Below the pieces are notes generated by a model. The model was not told the DNA's origin, made no database searches, and was given only the letters and a program-made list of their open reading frames with translations. DNA of 64,000 bases from Pseudomonadota bacterium (GTDB lineage: Bacteria > Pseudomonadota > Gammaproteobacteria > Methylococcales > Methylococcaceae), in NCBI GenBank assembly GCA_041158345.1, contig JBEBBO010000008.1:841-64840 (forward strand), written 5' to 3'. This document shows positions 27,831 to 37,733 of the stretch, one piece after another. The translations under genes and the position numbers were made by a program. Positions within the stretch are counted from its first letter, which is position 1. Each line of letters begins with the position of its first letter.

Positions 27831-28025
27831 TTAGGCGGCAGCCATGCTCTCAGACCTTTCTATAAAGCCGGCTAACCAGCTATAGGCTTCTGCTGAACCC
27901 AGTGGATATGGGTTATCAAAGGTACTTCCCCCTTTGGAGGCCCATTTCATGCCCTCATACCTTGCGATCTGATTGATCTGGACAACGACAGCCCTGTCGG
28001 AAGATGACGTCATTGAATGTTTCAT
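27831..28025 (-). CDS. Rmf/CrpP-like small protein (tentative)
   Basis: EGMKWASKGGSTFDNPYPLGSAEAYSWLAGF has the same G-x14-PY spacing as E. coli RMF (RGYQAGIAGRSKEMCPYQTLNQRSQWLGGW, from memory). The WL.G(F/W) motif is also present, but with one extra residue between PY and WL. Confidence 0.4.
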   Translation of the reverse strand: MKHSMTSSSDRAVVVQINQIARYEGMKWASKGGSTFDNPYPLGSAEAYSWLAGFIERSESMAAA

Positions 28026-28157
28026 ACGTTAGATCCGCTCTAGATATTCCGGGTGGACCCCCGGTCCGACGTTAAACCGTAACAATGAGAGTAGACCGCT
28101 ACTTTCAGAGAAAGTTTTGTTTTCAACGAATAGTTCGGCGCAACTTCTCTGCACCGC

Positions 28158-28433
28158 CTATTTCGGAGTGCTGAAGGGCCAGCTCATCCGGCTGAGGACG
28201 CCATCACGGGCACATTCAAGCGTTTCAAAGCTGCGGCCCGTCTCAAAGACCCGATCATCCAGATCGTATAGGTGATATCTAAAACTCGAACTCTCCATGA
28301 AAAGGGGTTCGTTAGCAGGGGTTGAAACGTCAAAAGAAACGAGAAAGTCCTTTCCTATACGGTAGATTTTATGGACTCGAATTTCAGTCCCTTGATCCAG
28401 GACATCGAACTGCTTCAGGGCGTCTCTCATCAA
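28158..28433 (-). CDS. hypothetical protein (91 aa)
   Basis: Track ORF only. Confidence 0.35.
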   Translation of the reverse strand: MMRDALKQFDVLDQGTEIRVHKIYRIGKDFLVSFDVSTPANEPLFMESSSFRYHLYDLDDRVFETGRSFETLECARDGVLSRMSWPFSTPK

Positions 28434-28848
28434 ATATCTCTGCGTTTATCTCGTGGAAGGTCGGAAATCCTAGTGGATCAGACCCCTGCCGACCAATCAG
28501 TATTTTCCACATAAATCATAAGGATTTCTAGGGGTGCCGATCAAAACACAGATTTTGCCTCTGGCTGGCTACCTCCCCGCGTGGGTTTAATCGGTCTCAC
28601 GCCCTTTTTGGTAAGGATTTCTTTTGCAATCGATTCTCAGTAGCATTCGGAATCTGGCACAACAACATCCTGCTGAATGCCAGTTGACCGATTAAAAGAA
28701 TAAAAACGTGGTCACGCAAATGCCCTCCTCTGAAAAACCCTTGCTGAATGAGAACACAGCAATCCCCTTTGACGCGCTGCCCATGAATCGTCAGTAATGC
28801 TCTTCAAAGATCACACACCCGGAGATCTCAATGAAAAAAGATCAGGCA

Positions 28849-28878
28849 CTGATTTACTCTGATTTACTCTGATTTACA
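28849..28878 (+). repeat. three tandem copies of a 10-bp unit (CTGATTTACT, last copy ...ACA)
   Basis: Read directly. The repeat ends 13 nt upstream of the ATG at 28892. Confidence 0.9.
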
Positions 28879-28891
28879 GACAACCTTCGCG

Positions 28892-29086
28892 ATGGATGGC
28901 CATACTCTTGAGATTATTATTTATCGATTGCCAGATAGCGACTGGACCCTTGAGGTGGTCGATGAAAACAACAACTCAACAGTCTGGGAAGACACATTTG
29001 CCACGGACGAAGCTGCCCTTGCAGAAGCCATTGGCGAGATAAAATCTGAAGGCGTGCATGCCTTTATGGGTCCACATTCTGCATAA
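28892..29086 (+). CDS. hypothetical acidic protein (64 aa)
   Basis: Track ORF with no obvious RBS. Confidence 0.3.
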   Translation: MDGHTLEIIIYRLPDSDWTLEVVDENNNSTVWEDTFATDEAALAEAIGEIKSEGVHAFMGPHSA

Positions 29087-29194
29087 TGTCAGGTTAGAAC
29101 GGTTGTAACCTTGGGAAAGTGCCCCTTCGTTGTTCGAGCCTACCCCAACCGTTCCGCTGAAACATAAAAACGACTAGAAAAATGAGGTAAAGGT

Positions 29195-29941
29195 ATGTGC
29201 TGGAGTGGAGAGGCGTCGGCCGTATTGGCGACAATTGGTTTTGGTACGGCTGCGTACATTGCATACAAGGGCGAGTCCAAGGATCTCTGGATCCCTCTGA
29301 CATACTTTGCCTGCATGGAACTTCTCCAGGCAGCGACCTATGTCTATATCAACCTATGTGACAGTCCACCCAACCAGATATTAACGTACTTCGGTTACAT
29401 ACATATTGCCTTCCAACCCTTCTTTGTGAACATGGTCGCGATGTATTTCATCCCCCAGAGCGTCAAGGAAAGGATCAGCACCGTCGTCTATACGCTTTGC
29501 GCCGTTGGAGCGCTGGGCATGTTGGTCAAAATGTATCCCTTTAACTGGGCGGATCATTGTGTTGTCGGATTAGAGGCCTTCTGTGGATCGCAGGCATGCT
29601 CCGTTTCTGGGGATTGGCATATTGCCTGGCAGTTGCCGCTGAACGGTATCCAGTACGACCTGTCCTACCTGATCCCGAACTACTTCCTGGGTCTTCATGG
29701 TCTCTCGTATATCCTGGTGGGGTTTGTCCTTCCCGTTGTCTATGGATCATGGCGTTTTGTCTTGTTCCACATCTTCATGGGACCAATCCTGTCGATCCTG
29801 ACGACCCGTGACCCCAATGAATATGCCGCAGTGTGGTGCCTATTCTCGATCGCACTGTGCCTGTCAGTGATCAAGTCACCCATCAGACGCCATCTCCACG
29901 TCGTTAGTTGGCCCTACTATTCAAGACTGGCCAAGGCCTGA
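29195..29941 (+). CDS. polytopic membrane protein of unknown function
   Basis: About 7 hydrophobic segments. The N-terminus is MCWSGEASAVLATIGFG, and GAGGTAAAGGT lies upstream of the ATG. Confidence 0.6.
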   Translation: MCWSGEASAVLATIGFGTAAYIAYKGESKDLWIPLTYFACMELLQAATYVYINLCDSPPNQILTYFGYIHIAFQPFFVNMVAMYFIPQSVKERISTVVYTLCAVGALGMLVKMYPFNWADHCVVGLEAFCGSQACSVSGDWHIAWQLPLNGIQYDLSYLIPNYFLGLHGLSYILVGFVLPVVYGSWRFVLFHIFMGPILSILTTRDPNEYAAVWCLFSIALCLSVIKSPIRRHLHVVSWPYYSRLAKA

Positions 29942-30073
29942 TCAACGGCTCACTCACCTGTGCGATACTCGGTTGAATTCGCGACAGTTTTGACCAACAA
30001 TGTTTTGATCAAAGCTCTAGCCGAGTTCATGTTTGCTCTACGGTGAGGGCATCGCCCCTCACCCTGAGCAAAG

Positions 30074-31348
30074 ATGATGAATCCCCCCGTTCCCGCCCCT
30101 ACCTCAAACTCGCAAACATTCAAGGTTATCGTTGGTCTTGTCATGGGCGTGTCTTTTGGCGCGGCCTTGAATGCCTATCTTTCGGCCTACGCAAGCCCTC
30201 ATCTTCCCCTCTGGATCAGCGGATTCAACGCGATCACGGACCTCTTCATGCGCCTGATCAAGATGATCATCGCGCCATTGGTTTTTTCAACCCTGGTTGT
30301 CGGTATGGCCAAGATGGGGGATGGGAACAGTCTGGGACGTGTCGCGGGCAAAGCCATTCTATGGTTCTTTAGCGCCTCTATACTGAGTTTGCTAATGGGA
30401 ATGGCGCTGGTGAATGGGTTTGAACCCGGGGAAAACCTTCATCTCCCCCTACCCGACGTTAGTGCTGAGACAGGGCTGAATAAAGAACCCCAGACGCTTC
30501 AGTCCTTCATTTCGCATATCGTTCCCAAGAGCGTTGTCGAAGCCATGGCACAAAACGAGATTTTGCAGATTGTCGTTTTTTCCATGTTCTTTGGTTTCGC
30601 CTGTTCGCAACTCGGTGAGCTGGCCAAACCCGTGGTTCACTCGCTCGATGCCTTGGGTCATATCATGCTCAAGATGACGAGCTACGTGATGCGATTTGCG
30701 CCTTTCGCAGTCTTTGCGGCCATGGCTGCGGTCGTCAGTCAGCAAGGTTTGGGCGTCGTTGCGACGTATGGCGTTTTTCTTTGCGAATTTTATCTGGGGC
30801 TCGCCGTACTTTGGTTGACTCTTGGAATACTGGGTTTCATTTTTATCGGGAAACGTGTCAGGGCACTCCTACACCATATCCGCGAACCGATGATCCTCGC
30901 TTTCGGCACAGCCAGCAGTGAAGCGGCTTTCCCGATGTTAATGCGGCAATTGGGCCGGTTTGGATGCTCTGATCGCATCACTGGCTTGGTTCTTCCCCTG
31001 GGCTATTCCTTCAACCTGGATGGAAGCATGATGTACATGACCTTCGCGGTCCTGTTCATTGCTCAGGCCTATGGCATCCAGATGCCACTCCAAGATCAAA
31101 TGTTGATGCTCTTGGTGCTTCTCTTTACGAGTAAGGGGGTCGCGGGCGTTCCGAGAGCGTCATTGATCGTCATCACTTCTACGCTTTCCATGTTCCATAT
31201 TCCGGAGGCGGGGCTCCTCCTGCTCCTCGGAATCGATCAGATTCTAGATATGGGCCGGAGTGCCACCAATGTACTAGGGAATAGCATTGCAGCCACGTTG
31301 GTCAGCCGCTGGGAAAATGAACTCAGCCATTCTTCTGACTTAAATTAA
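30074..31348 (+). CDS. dicarboxylate/amino acid:cation symporter (DAACS; DctA/GltP-like)
   Basis: Family-typical motifs: MIIAPLVF, SSEAAFP, PLGYSFNLDGS, TSKGVAGVPRASL and LGIDQILDMGRSATNVLGN. Confidence 0.9.
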   Translation: MMNPPVPAPTSNSQTFKVIVGLVMGVSFGAALNAYLSAYASPHLPLWISGFNAITDLFMRLIKMIIAPLVFSTLVVGMAKMGDGNSLGRVAGKAILWFFSASILSLLMGMALVNGFEPGENLHLPLPDVSAETGLNKEPQTLQSFISHIVPKSVVEAMAQNEILQIVVFSMFFGFACSQLGELAKPVVHSLDALGHIMLKMTSYVMRFAPFAVFAAMAAVVSQQGLGVVATYGVFLCEFYLGLAVLWLTLGILGFIFIGKRVRALLHHIREPMILAFGTASSEAAFPMLMRQLGRFGCSDRITGLVLPLGYSFNLDGSMMYMTFAVLFIAQAYGIQMPLQDQMLMLLVLLFTSKGVAGVPRASLIVITSTLSMFHIPEAGLLLLLGIDQILDMGRSATNVLGNSIAATLVSRWENELSHSSDLN

Positions 31349-31941
31349 GCCCCCCGAGGATCCACCCAGTGGATTCTCCCCTGACTTTCCCGGGTCAACT
31401 GGGTCACAATCTCTGCTAGCCGGTCCTTGGGTCCCTGAATGATCACCCGCAATTCCATGCTACGCTCGACACTCAACAGGATTACGCCATCCTTGTTTAT
31501 CCGGTTTCTGAAGAGTCCCTCAAGAGGATACGGTACGAGACAGGCCAGGGTATCCAAAGGCACGAGGGTGACCTTGGTTGCAGTTTTGAGCGCTTGTGCC
31601 ACTGCATCCGTGTAGGCACGAACCAAGCCGCCAGCACCCAGATTAATCCCGCCGTAGTAGCGAACAACCGTCGCCAGAACACCTTCCAGATTTTGGTGGC
31701 GCAGCACTTCTAACATCGGGCGGCCTGCAGTTCCACTGGGCTCCCCATCATCGACAGCGGCAGAATGCCCTCCTGCCATGAGCGCCCAACAGACATGGGA
31801 TGCAGTGGGGTGTTGTTGCTGGATTCTTGCGACCTGCCTGACCGCATCAGCGCGATCTGAAACCGGCTGAACCTGTCCAAGAAAACGGCTCTTCTTGATG
31901 ATGAGTTCACTGGTCGAGGGACCTTCTAGGGTCAAAGTCAT
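31345..31941 (-). CDS. yigZ: YigZ/IMPACT-family protein (UPF0029)
   Basis: IKKSRFLGQV..., HVCWA..., DDGEPSGTAG.PML and VVRYYGG..LG.GGL are typical of the family. Confidence 0.85.
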   Translation of the reverse strand: MTLTLEGPSTSELIIKKSRFLGQVQPVSDRADAVRQVARIQQQHPTASHVCWALMAGGHSAAVDDGEPSGTAGRPMLEVLRHQNLEGVLATVVRYYGGINLGAGGLVRAYTDAVAQALKTATKVTLVPLDTLACLVPYPLEGLFRNRINKDGVILLSVERSMELRVIIQGPKDRLAEIVTQLTRESQGRIHWVDPRGA

Positions 31942-31954
31942 GATCGGTTCGCGA

Positions 31955-32197
31955 CAGATGAGTGGGATGCGCCCAATGCAAACTGAGCGCGAAGACGTCT
32001 CAACTGAATCAGGTTGGGGTTACTGAAAAAGACTCGCCATTTGATATTCAAATCCCTTCGCTTCCTCCCCTTCCAAAAGGAAGGGGATTCCTGGTTCATC
32101 GAGAACTGCTTAAGCCGATTTACGACACAGGACTGACATTCTCTCCACAGGCTAACACCGCCAGCCCTAAAGGACGGGGTTTCTCGCAAGATTCACG
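31955..32197 (-). mobile_element. MITE-like internal-deletion derivative of the tnpB element (both ends, no tnpB)
   Basis: 32068-32165 aligns with 22786-22885 (tnpB 3' end plus downstream hairpin) at roughly 80% identity by eye. It is joined directly to the left-end motif GACGGGGTTTCTCGCAAGATTCACG (32172-32197). The left boundary is approximate. Confidence 0.55.
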
Positions 32198-32386
32198 ATG
32201 AGATAGACCGCGGCTCGTCGGGTATCGATGGAAACGAGTTCAAGGATCCTCTAGAGATCCAGCGGTTCGCGACGGTATTGCATCTATCGGCGGAGACTAC
32301 TACGCTTCAACGAAAAATCCAGCCCTCTTAGCGAATCGCATAGAGATCGGAACCCGTGCCCTCCATCATGAAGAATATGCCGTCCT

Positions 32387-33025
32387 ATGGATTTCGAGTT
32401 ACGACGAATCAATGACACTTCCATCAGACGGATCAAGTCAATCGTCTTCCTTCTTGCTCTGGTCCCCCTGGGGCGACTGGTTTACTGGGGATTGATTGAT
32501 CAACTCGGTGCCAATCCCATTGAAAAGGTTCTGAGGCAGACGGGTTACTGGACACTGACTTTTTTGACGCTGACGATGGCGGTCACGCCAATACGCCAAT
32601 GGCTCGGGTGGATCTGGATGGGACGGTTCAGGCGAATGCTGGGCCTATTTGCCTTTTTCTATAGCTTGCTCCACCTTGGCACCTATGTGGTTCTCGATCA
32701 ATTCTTTGATTGGTCTGGCATTCTCAAAGACATTGTCAAAAGACCTTATATCACCGTCGGATTCACGGCTCTGGTCTTGATGATTCCGCTCGCCGTCACA
32801 TCGACGGATGGCATGCTGCGGCGTCTGGGAGGAGCACGCTGGAAAAAAATCCACCGTTGGATCTATGTGATCTGTCTCGGAGGTGTCATTCACTTTTGGT
32901 GGTTGGTCAAGAAAGACATTTCGGAACCTTTCCTTTTTGCCCTGATCTATGCCGTATCCCTGTTGCTTCGTGCGCTGCTTCAGCGGAAAAGTGAACTGAG
33001 AGGCATCAAGGGCCTGTCACCATAG
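32387..33025 (+). CDS. msrQ: protein-methionine-sulfoxide reductase heme-binding subunit MsrQ (YedZ-like)
   Basis: Six-TM ferric-reductase-like protein with conserved His residues ([15 protein letters not shown]). It is adjacent to msrP. Confidence 0.85.
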   Translation: MDFELRRINDTSIRRIKSIVFLLALVPLGRLVYWGLIDQLGANPIEKVLRQTGYWTLTFLTLTMAVTPIRQWLGWIWMGRFRRMLGLFAFFYSLLHLGTYVVLDQFFDWSGILKDIVKRPYITVGFTALVLMIPLAVTSTDGMLRRLGGARWKKIHRWIYVICLGGVIHFWWLVKKDISEPFLFALIYAVSLLLRALLQRKSELRGIKGLSP

Positions 33026-33071
33026 CCCATTCAAGCGCGATCACGGCACACCCCGTCAGGAGAACCTCATC

Positions 33072-34004
33072 ATGCGATTCAAGTCCGACATTAGCGAGAA
33101 CGAGGTCACACCACAAAGCCTCTTTGAAAGCCGCCGAACGTTCATCAGGAAATCGTTTGGCCTTGCCGCCCTCGGCGGATTGAGCAGCCTGTCGGTGGAT
33201 CTTCGGGCGCAGGGGCTGGATCCCCAGCCCAATCCAGGATTCCGCGTTGACGAAACCCCGACGCCTCTTGAGAAGGTCACCACATACAACAACTTTTACG
33301 AGTTCAGCACCGACAAGGAAGAGCCACATCGGCTTGCCGGTTCATTAAAGACTCGGCCTTGGACGGTGCGTGTCGAAGGTGAAGTGCATAAACCCAGAAC
33401 TTTCGCGATCGAGGAGATCCTCAAGATGGCACCGCTTGAGGAGCGGATTTACCGATTCCGTTGTGTCGAGACGTGGTCCATGGTCGTCCCCTGGGTGGGG
33501 TTCCCTCTTAGCACGCTCTTGAAGGCGGCTGACCCGACGGGGAATGCTAAGTTTGTCGAATTTGTCACGCTGAATGATTCTGAGCAGATGCCTGGCTTGA
33601 AACGAGATGTTCTCGACTGGCCATACCGGGAGGGATTGAGGCTGGATGAGGCCATGAATCCTCTCACTTTGGTGACAGTGGGGCTCTATGGACAGGTCTT
33701 ACCCAATCAGAACGGTGCCCCCATCAGGATCATCGTACCCTGGAAGTATGGCTTTAAAAGCGCCAAATCCATTGTCTCGATTCGAATTTCCGAGCGAATG
33801 CCCACGACCAGCTGGATGAAGGCGGGCCCCAACGAATATGGTTTCTATGCCAACGTCAATCCCGAAGTGGATCATCCCCGCTGGAGCCAGGCAAGGGAGA
33901 GAAAACTTGGGGATTTTCTGAAACGCCCCACCCTGCCATTCAATGGATATGGCGACTATGTCGCATCCCTTTATCAGGGCATGGATCTAACACGTAATTT
34001 CTAG
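33072..34004 (+). CDS. msrP: protein-methionine-sulfoxide reductase catalytic (molybdopterin) subunit MsrP (YedY-like)
   Basis: Tat signal [17 protein letters not shown]. YedY-like motifs: [43 protein letters not shown]. Confidence 0.9.
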   Translation: MRFKSDISENEVTPQSLFESRRTFIRKSFGLAALGGLSSLSVDLRAQGLDPQPNPGFRVDETPTPLEKVTTYNNFYEFSTDKEEPHRLAGSLKTRPWTVRVEGEVHKPRTFAIEEILKMAPLEERIYRFRCVETWSMVVPWVGFPLSTLLKAADPTGNAKFVEFVTLNDSEQMPGLKRDVLDWPYREGLRLDEAMNPLTLVTVGLYGQVLPNQNGAPIRIIVPWKYGFKSAKSIVSIRISERMPTTSWMKAGPNEYGFYANVNPEVDHPRWSQARERKLGDFLKRPTLPFNGYGDYVASLYQGMDLTRNF

Positions 34005-34029
34005 ACAGACGACGACAGGGGCTTTGGAA

Positions 34030-34185
34030 TCAGTCAGCCACAGTCCACTTGGAGTTAAACCGTTTCCCAAGTTCCCTGCGACGAATGATCTTGCAGATTT
34101 CCTGTTGAAACAATCTCCGCTGGCTCTCAGTATCCCGATTGAGACACGCCAGATACATTTGTTTGACCAGTTCACCTTGTTTCAT
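34030..34185 (-). CDS. hypothetical basic micro-protein (51 aa)
   Basis: The internal ATG at 34185 is preceded by GGGGGTGG. The sequence begins MKQGELVKQMYLACLNRDTESQRRLF... Confidence 0.25.
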   Translation of the reverse strand: MKQGELVKQMYLACLNRDTESQRRLFQQEICKIIRRRELGKRFNSKWTVAD

Positions 34186-34310
34186 AACCACCCCCTGAAT
34201 CCGATGGCCCATAGGTTCAGTCCACAGACCACGCAAGAACCACTAAACCGTTTATACCATTATAACGGTTATGACCCTTTAAGTCCACGGGAGTTCCTAC
34301 GCAGAACCCC

Positions 34311-37300
34311 CTATTTTTCATTTACTTGAAGCGCGAGGGGCATTAAAAGATGGTGACCATCGTCGGATGATTGCTCCTGTATGTCGCCTAGGCGAACTCG
34401 TTGACTATCCACCGGTTTGGGAACCGCCGAAAGTGCCGCTTTGACAACCCGCATCCGACGATCAGCCAATTCTTTCAGTTCATTGGCACCAATGGGGGCT
34501 TGATCAGCCAGATTTTGAGCCAGCAACTCATAAAAATCAGGCGTTTTACTCCCCTTTCCCATCAGCGTTCCGACTAGGCCAATCCGGTCTACAGGATGGC
34601 CTTTATCAGCAACATAACGCGTCAAGGCGACTTCAAGCAGTCGGTATTCCTGAGCCAAAGCCTCCAGCACTCGCTGTGTGGCGGCCTCAGTCGGATTAAC
34701 AGGATCAGGATCTTCCCCGGGTTTTAACGCTTCACCCAAACGAGAAGCAACCCGCTGCCTCAGCCAGAAGTGGCGCAATGCAACCTTATCCTTTTCTGGA
34801 TCAAAACTGCCATTCAGGATTAATTGAAGTTGGGGCTTTAAGTGGAGCGCATCCGACAATCGCACAATTTTTTCCTTTTCAGGCGGCGTCAACACATCAC
34901 TTCCAAGATCGAATGCAATTGCATTGAGTTCCTCACCGCCACTCAGCCCCAGAGCCCCGGTGATTGCAGTAAATGGCGATAAAACAGCCTTTTTGATGAG
35001 GTTTCCAAACGCATTCAGAAACACCACACCATAATCAAAATCAGGGGCATCCGTCTTTCCTTCGATGGGCAGTGACATATCGATATTGCCCTCTGCATCC
35101 GACAAGAGGGCCACAGCAAGATCCAGCGGCAGTGAAACAGCCTTTGGACTCTCGACCTTGTCACCTAATCGAAGTTGCTTGAGATAAATCCGGTTATCGC
35201 TCTTGAGTTGCTGTTCTTCCAGTCGGTAATGTGCGTTGAGATCCAGCTTGCCGTTTTCAATGCGCCGACCTGCAAAGGTTGCGCTATAGGGTGTGAGCGA
35301 TGCCAGAACCACATTTTCAAAATGAAGATCGACATCCAGCAATGATTTGGGATCAAGCGGTCTGAGTTGGCCATGAATCGAAGCTTCGCCATAGGGTGCA
35401 ATTCGTCCATTAAGTTCCAATAACGACTTCCCATTCGGATCCAGGGTCCAGCCCGTAATCGCACCCTTGAGGTCAACAATCTGGGTTGAAAAGGGCAGGA
35501 TGAGTGTTTCGTCCGTGTAATCAAGCTTGCCACCTTCGACCCGGATCCTCCGAATATGAATGTCGGGGTCTGGCGTTGTCGGTGCATTGGATCCGGGTCG
35601 GCGCGGGGACGGAACACGATCAATGGGCTTTGCCACCCGCAACTCTGAAAGATTAGAGCTTTTATCTGCGTGAATCGCGATGACCCCATCGGGATCCTGA
35701 AGCCGAATCTCATTGGCCGAAAACTCAAAGGGATTTAGACGACCCTTGATACCGTCCACCGTCAGGGATTGCCATCCCAAAAGCTTACGATCATTCGGTG
35801 CCTGGGTGAGCCGAAGGTTATCAAGGCCTATGAGACCGGAGTAGTCACCCGTCGGAACGCCACTTTCGATGCGCAGCGCCACTTTCAGCTGACTTGATAG
35901 ATAGCCCTCGACAGTATCGAAACGATACGACTCGGCAAGCAACGATTTAAAGGGGGCCAAACCGACTTGATCCAGGCGAACTTCACCCGTGAAGGCCATC
36001 TCACTCGGCTGGAGTTGGCCGTTGAGACCAACCTTTCCTCCCGATGACACCTCTGATGAAAGCACCATAGGTGTTTCTCCAGGGCGTTGCGTGTCGATTG
36101 ACCCCAGCGAAAGACGCGTGTGTTTGAACTCGAAGGGATCAGAGTTCAGGCCAGAAACCCGAACGACCCCCACAGAAAGATCCGAAACCTGTGTTTGATT
36201 AATCCCAATCGTCCAAGGCGTTGACGTCGTGTCGCCCACCGCACGCGTTGGGCTACTCGAACTCGTTTGAGGTACCAGAGCGTCCAACGGCAAGACTGCG
36301 TCCTGACCCAGCCCAAAGAGGATGACGGATGCATCGAGGTTCAGTGAATTTGCAACCAGGCGTCTGGCCCCCAAATCGACCACTATCGCCTCCCCTTCAA
36401 GGGAGCCCACTCGGATATCGGGCTGGTGCAGGGAGGGAGCCATGGGGTTCTGGATCAAATGCAAGTCGCTGAGCTTGACCTGATCGAGTCCAATCCGCCA
36501 GGGGCTATCCGGTGTCTTCGACACGGTGGCCTCGGTGAGGGATTGGCTGCTTGAACGGGACTGCGGCGGAAACAGTGCACGCCATCCAGGTTGTCCCTGC
36601 CCATCCTTCACACCAATCAAACCCAGGGACTTCAGCTCAAATCCATGGAGATCCAATCGATGCTGCGACAGATCCAGTTGTGCATCGTCGACAACCATTT
36701 GCTGAAGGGTAAGCAAAGGGAGATCAACTTGAGGACGGGATAGACGGAGATCCCGAAGCATCAAATGGGCATGCGCCATTTGAAATTGGGGCTCAGGCAG
36801 CTGCATGAATCTGAAATCAGAGGAAAAATCCAACAAGCCCTCGAACGTCGGTAAATCCATGGAGGGCGGCAATTGCGTCTGAAGTTCAGAAAGATTCAAG
36901 CCGCGGGCTTCGGCCGAAAAATGACTGTCAGACCCATCAGCCAGGAAACCCCCCTCAGCATGCACGGTTGCCCCAGGGTCCATCTGAAAGTAGAGGTTGA
37001 AAGAGCCCTCGGAGGCATCTAAGGTTTGGAGATTTACGACGTCCAGCGCCACAGCATGCAGGTTGACGGGTTGCCCATTTTCGAAGGGAGCGAACCGGAT
37101 CTTTCCATCCTCTACTTGGAAATTTGCCACGATCATCCTAAGGGGGGATGAATCTTCATCCGAGGCAGTCGCTGGCTGCCGTGATCGAAACCCCTCAAGT
37201 AGTTGATCCAGGTTCGAGGCGTGATCCCCATGGGCATGAATGTCGATGTTCGGGTCTGACACCGTGATGGCATCCATCGCCAACGCGCGATGGCGGAGCG

Positions 37301-37628
37301 AGCGGAGCAATCCAAAGTCAAAATCGAATTGTTTGACATCGAGAAGAGCATCTTCGGATGAAGCGCCAAGGACGACGCCTTCCAGTCGGAGTTTGAGTTC
37401 AAAAGGATTCCAGTGGATGCCTGTCACTGAAAGACTGGCGCCCGTTTGGGTCGTGATCGCTGGGAGAACCCTTTGGCGAATAAGGAGAGGAACAAGGGGT
37501 GTGGTGACCACTCCGTAAAGGACAAGGACTAGGAGAATTCGACGGATCGGTGACCGAACAAAGAAGTGCGAAACCCAGCCAAGATGGGTAAGAAAGGATT
37601 TCATTTCAGTCCACATTGACCCATTCAA
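34311..37628 (-). CDS. DUF748 domain-containing (AsmA-like) large envelope protein
   Basis: N-terminal TM anchor and a long beta-rich body. The C-terminal region is typical of DUF748 (GGKLDYTDETLILPF...LTPYSATFAGRRIENGKLDL...LPLDLAVALLSDAEGNIDMSLPIEGK.DAPDF). The start is ambiguous among TTG 37628 and ATG 37616 or 37604. Confidence 0.7.
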   Translation of the reverse strand: MNGSMWTEMKSFLTHLGWVSHFFVRSPIRRILLVLVLYGVVTTPLVPLLIRQRVLPAITTQTGASLSVTGIHWNPFELKLRLEGVVLGASSEDALLDVKQFDFDFGLLRSLRHRALAMDAITVSDPNIDIHAHGDHASNLDQLLEGFRSRQPATASDEDSSPLRMIVANFQVEDGKIRFAPFENGQPVNLHAVALDVVNLQTLDASEGSFNLYFQMDPGATVHAEGGFLADGSDSHFSAEARGLNLSELQTQLPPSMDLPTFEGLLDFSSDFRFMQLPEPQFQMAHAHLMLRDLRLSRPQVDLPLLTLQQMVVDDAQLDLSQHRLDLHGFELKSLGLIGVKDGQGQPGWRALFPPQSRSSSQSLTEATVSKTPDSPWRIGLDQVKLSDLHLIQNPMAPSLHQPDIRVGSLEGEAIVVDLGARRLVANSLNLDASVILFGLGQDAVLPLDALVPQTSSSSPTRAVGDTTSTPWTIGINQTQVSDLSVGVVRVSGLNSDPFEFKHTRLSLGSIDTQRPGETPMVLSSEVSSGGKVGLNGQLQPSEMAFTGEVRLDQVGLAPFKSLLAESYRFDTVEGYLSSQLKVALRIESGVPTGDYSGLIGLDNLRLTQAPNDRKLLGWQSLTVDGIKGRLNPFEFSANEIRLQDPDGVIAIHADKSSNLSELRVAKPIDRVPSPRRPGSNAPTTPDPDIHIRRIRVEGGKLDYTDETLILPFSTQIVDLKGAITGWTLDPNGKSLLELNGRIAPYGEASIHGQLRPLDPKSLLDVDLHFENVVLASLTPYSATFAGRRIENGKLDLNAHYRLEEQQLKSDNRIYLKQLRLGDKVESPKAVSLPLDLAVALLSDAEGNIDMSLPIEGKTDAPDFDYGVVFLNAFGNLIKKAVLSPFTAITGALGLSGGEELNAIAFDLGSDVLTPPEKEKIVRLSDALHLKPQLQLILNGSFDPEKDKVALRHFWLRQRVASRLGEALKPGEDPDPVNPTEAATQRVLEALAQEYRLLEVALTRYVADKGHPVDRIGLVGTLMGKGSKTPDFYELLAQNLADQAPIGANELKELADRRMRVVKAALSAVPKPVDSQRVRLGDIQEQSSDDGHHLLMPLALQVNEK

Positions 37629-37733
37629 AGGAAAACCCTAGTTGAAGTCCTGTTTTGCATCCTGTCAAGGAAGACAGGGGCGGCATGCGTTGGATTCCAA
37701 AGAAGGCGCTGTTATGCCTAAGACCCCAATCCA

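Noticed and set aside
14997-28878. Whether the short tandem repeats at 14997-15024 and 28849-28878 could be CRISPR arrays
   Set aside because: The units are 7 and 10 bp and contiguous with no spacers, and no cas genes are present. They are simple tandem repeats.
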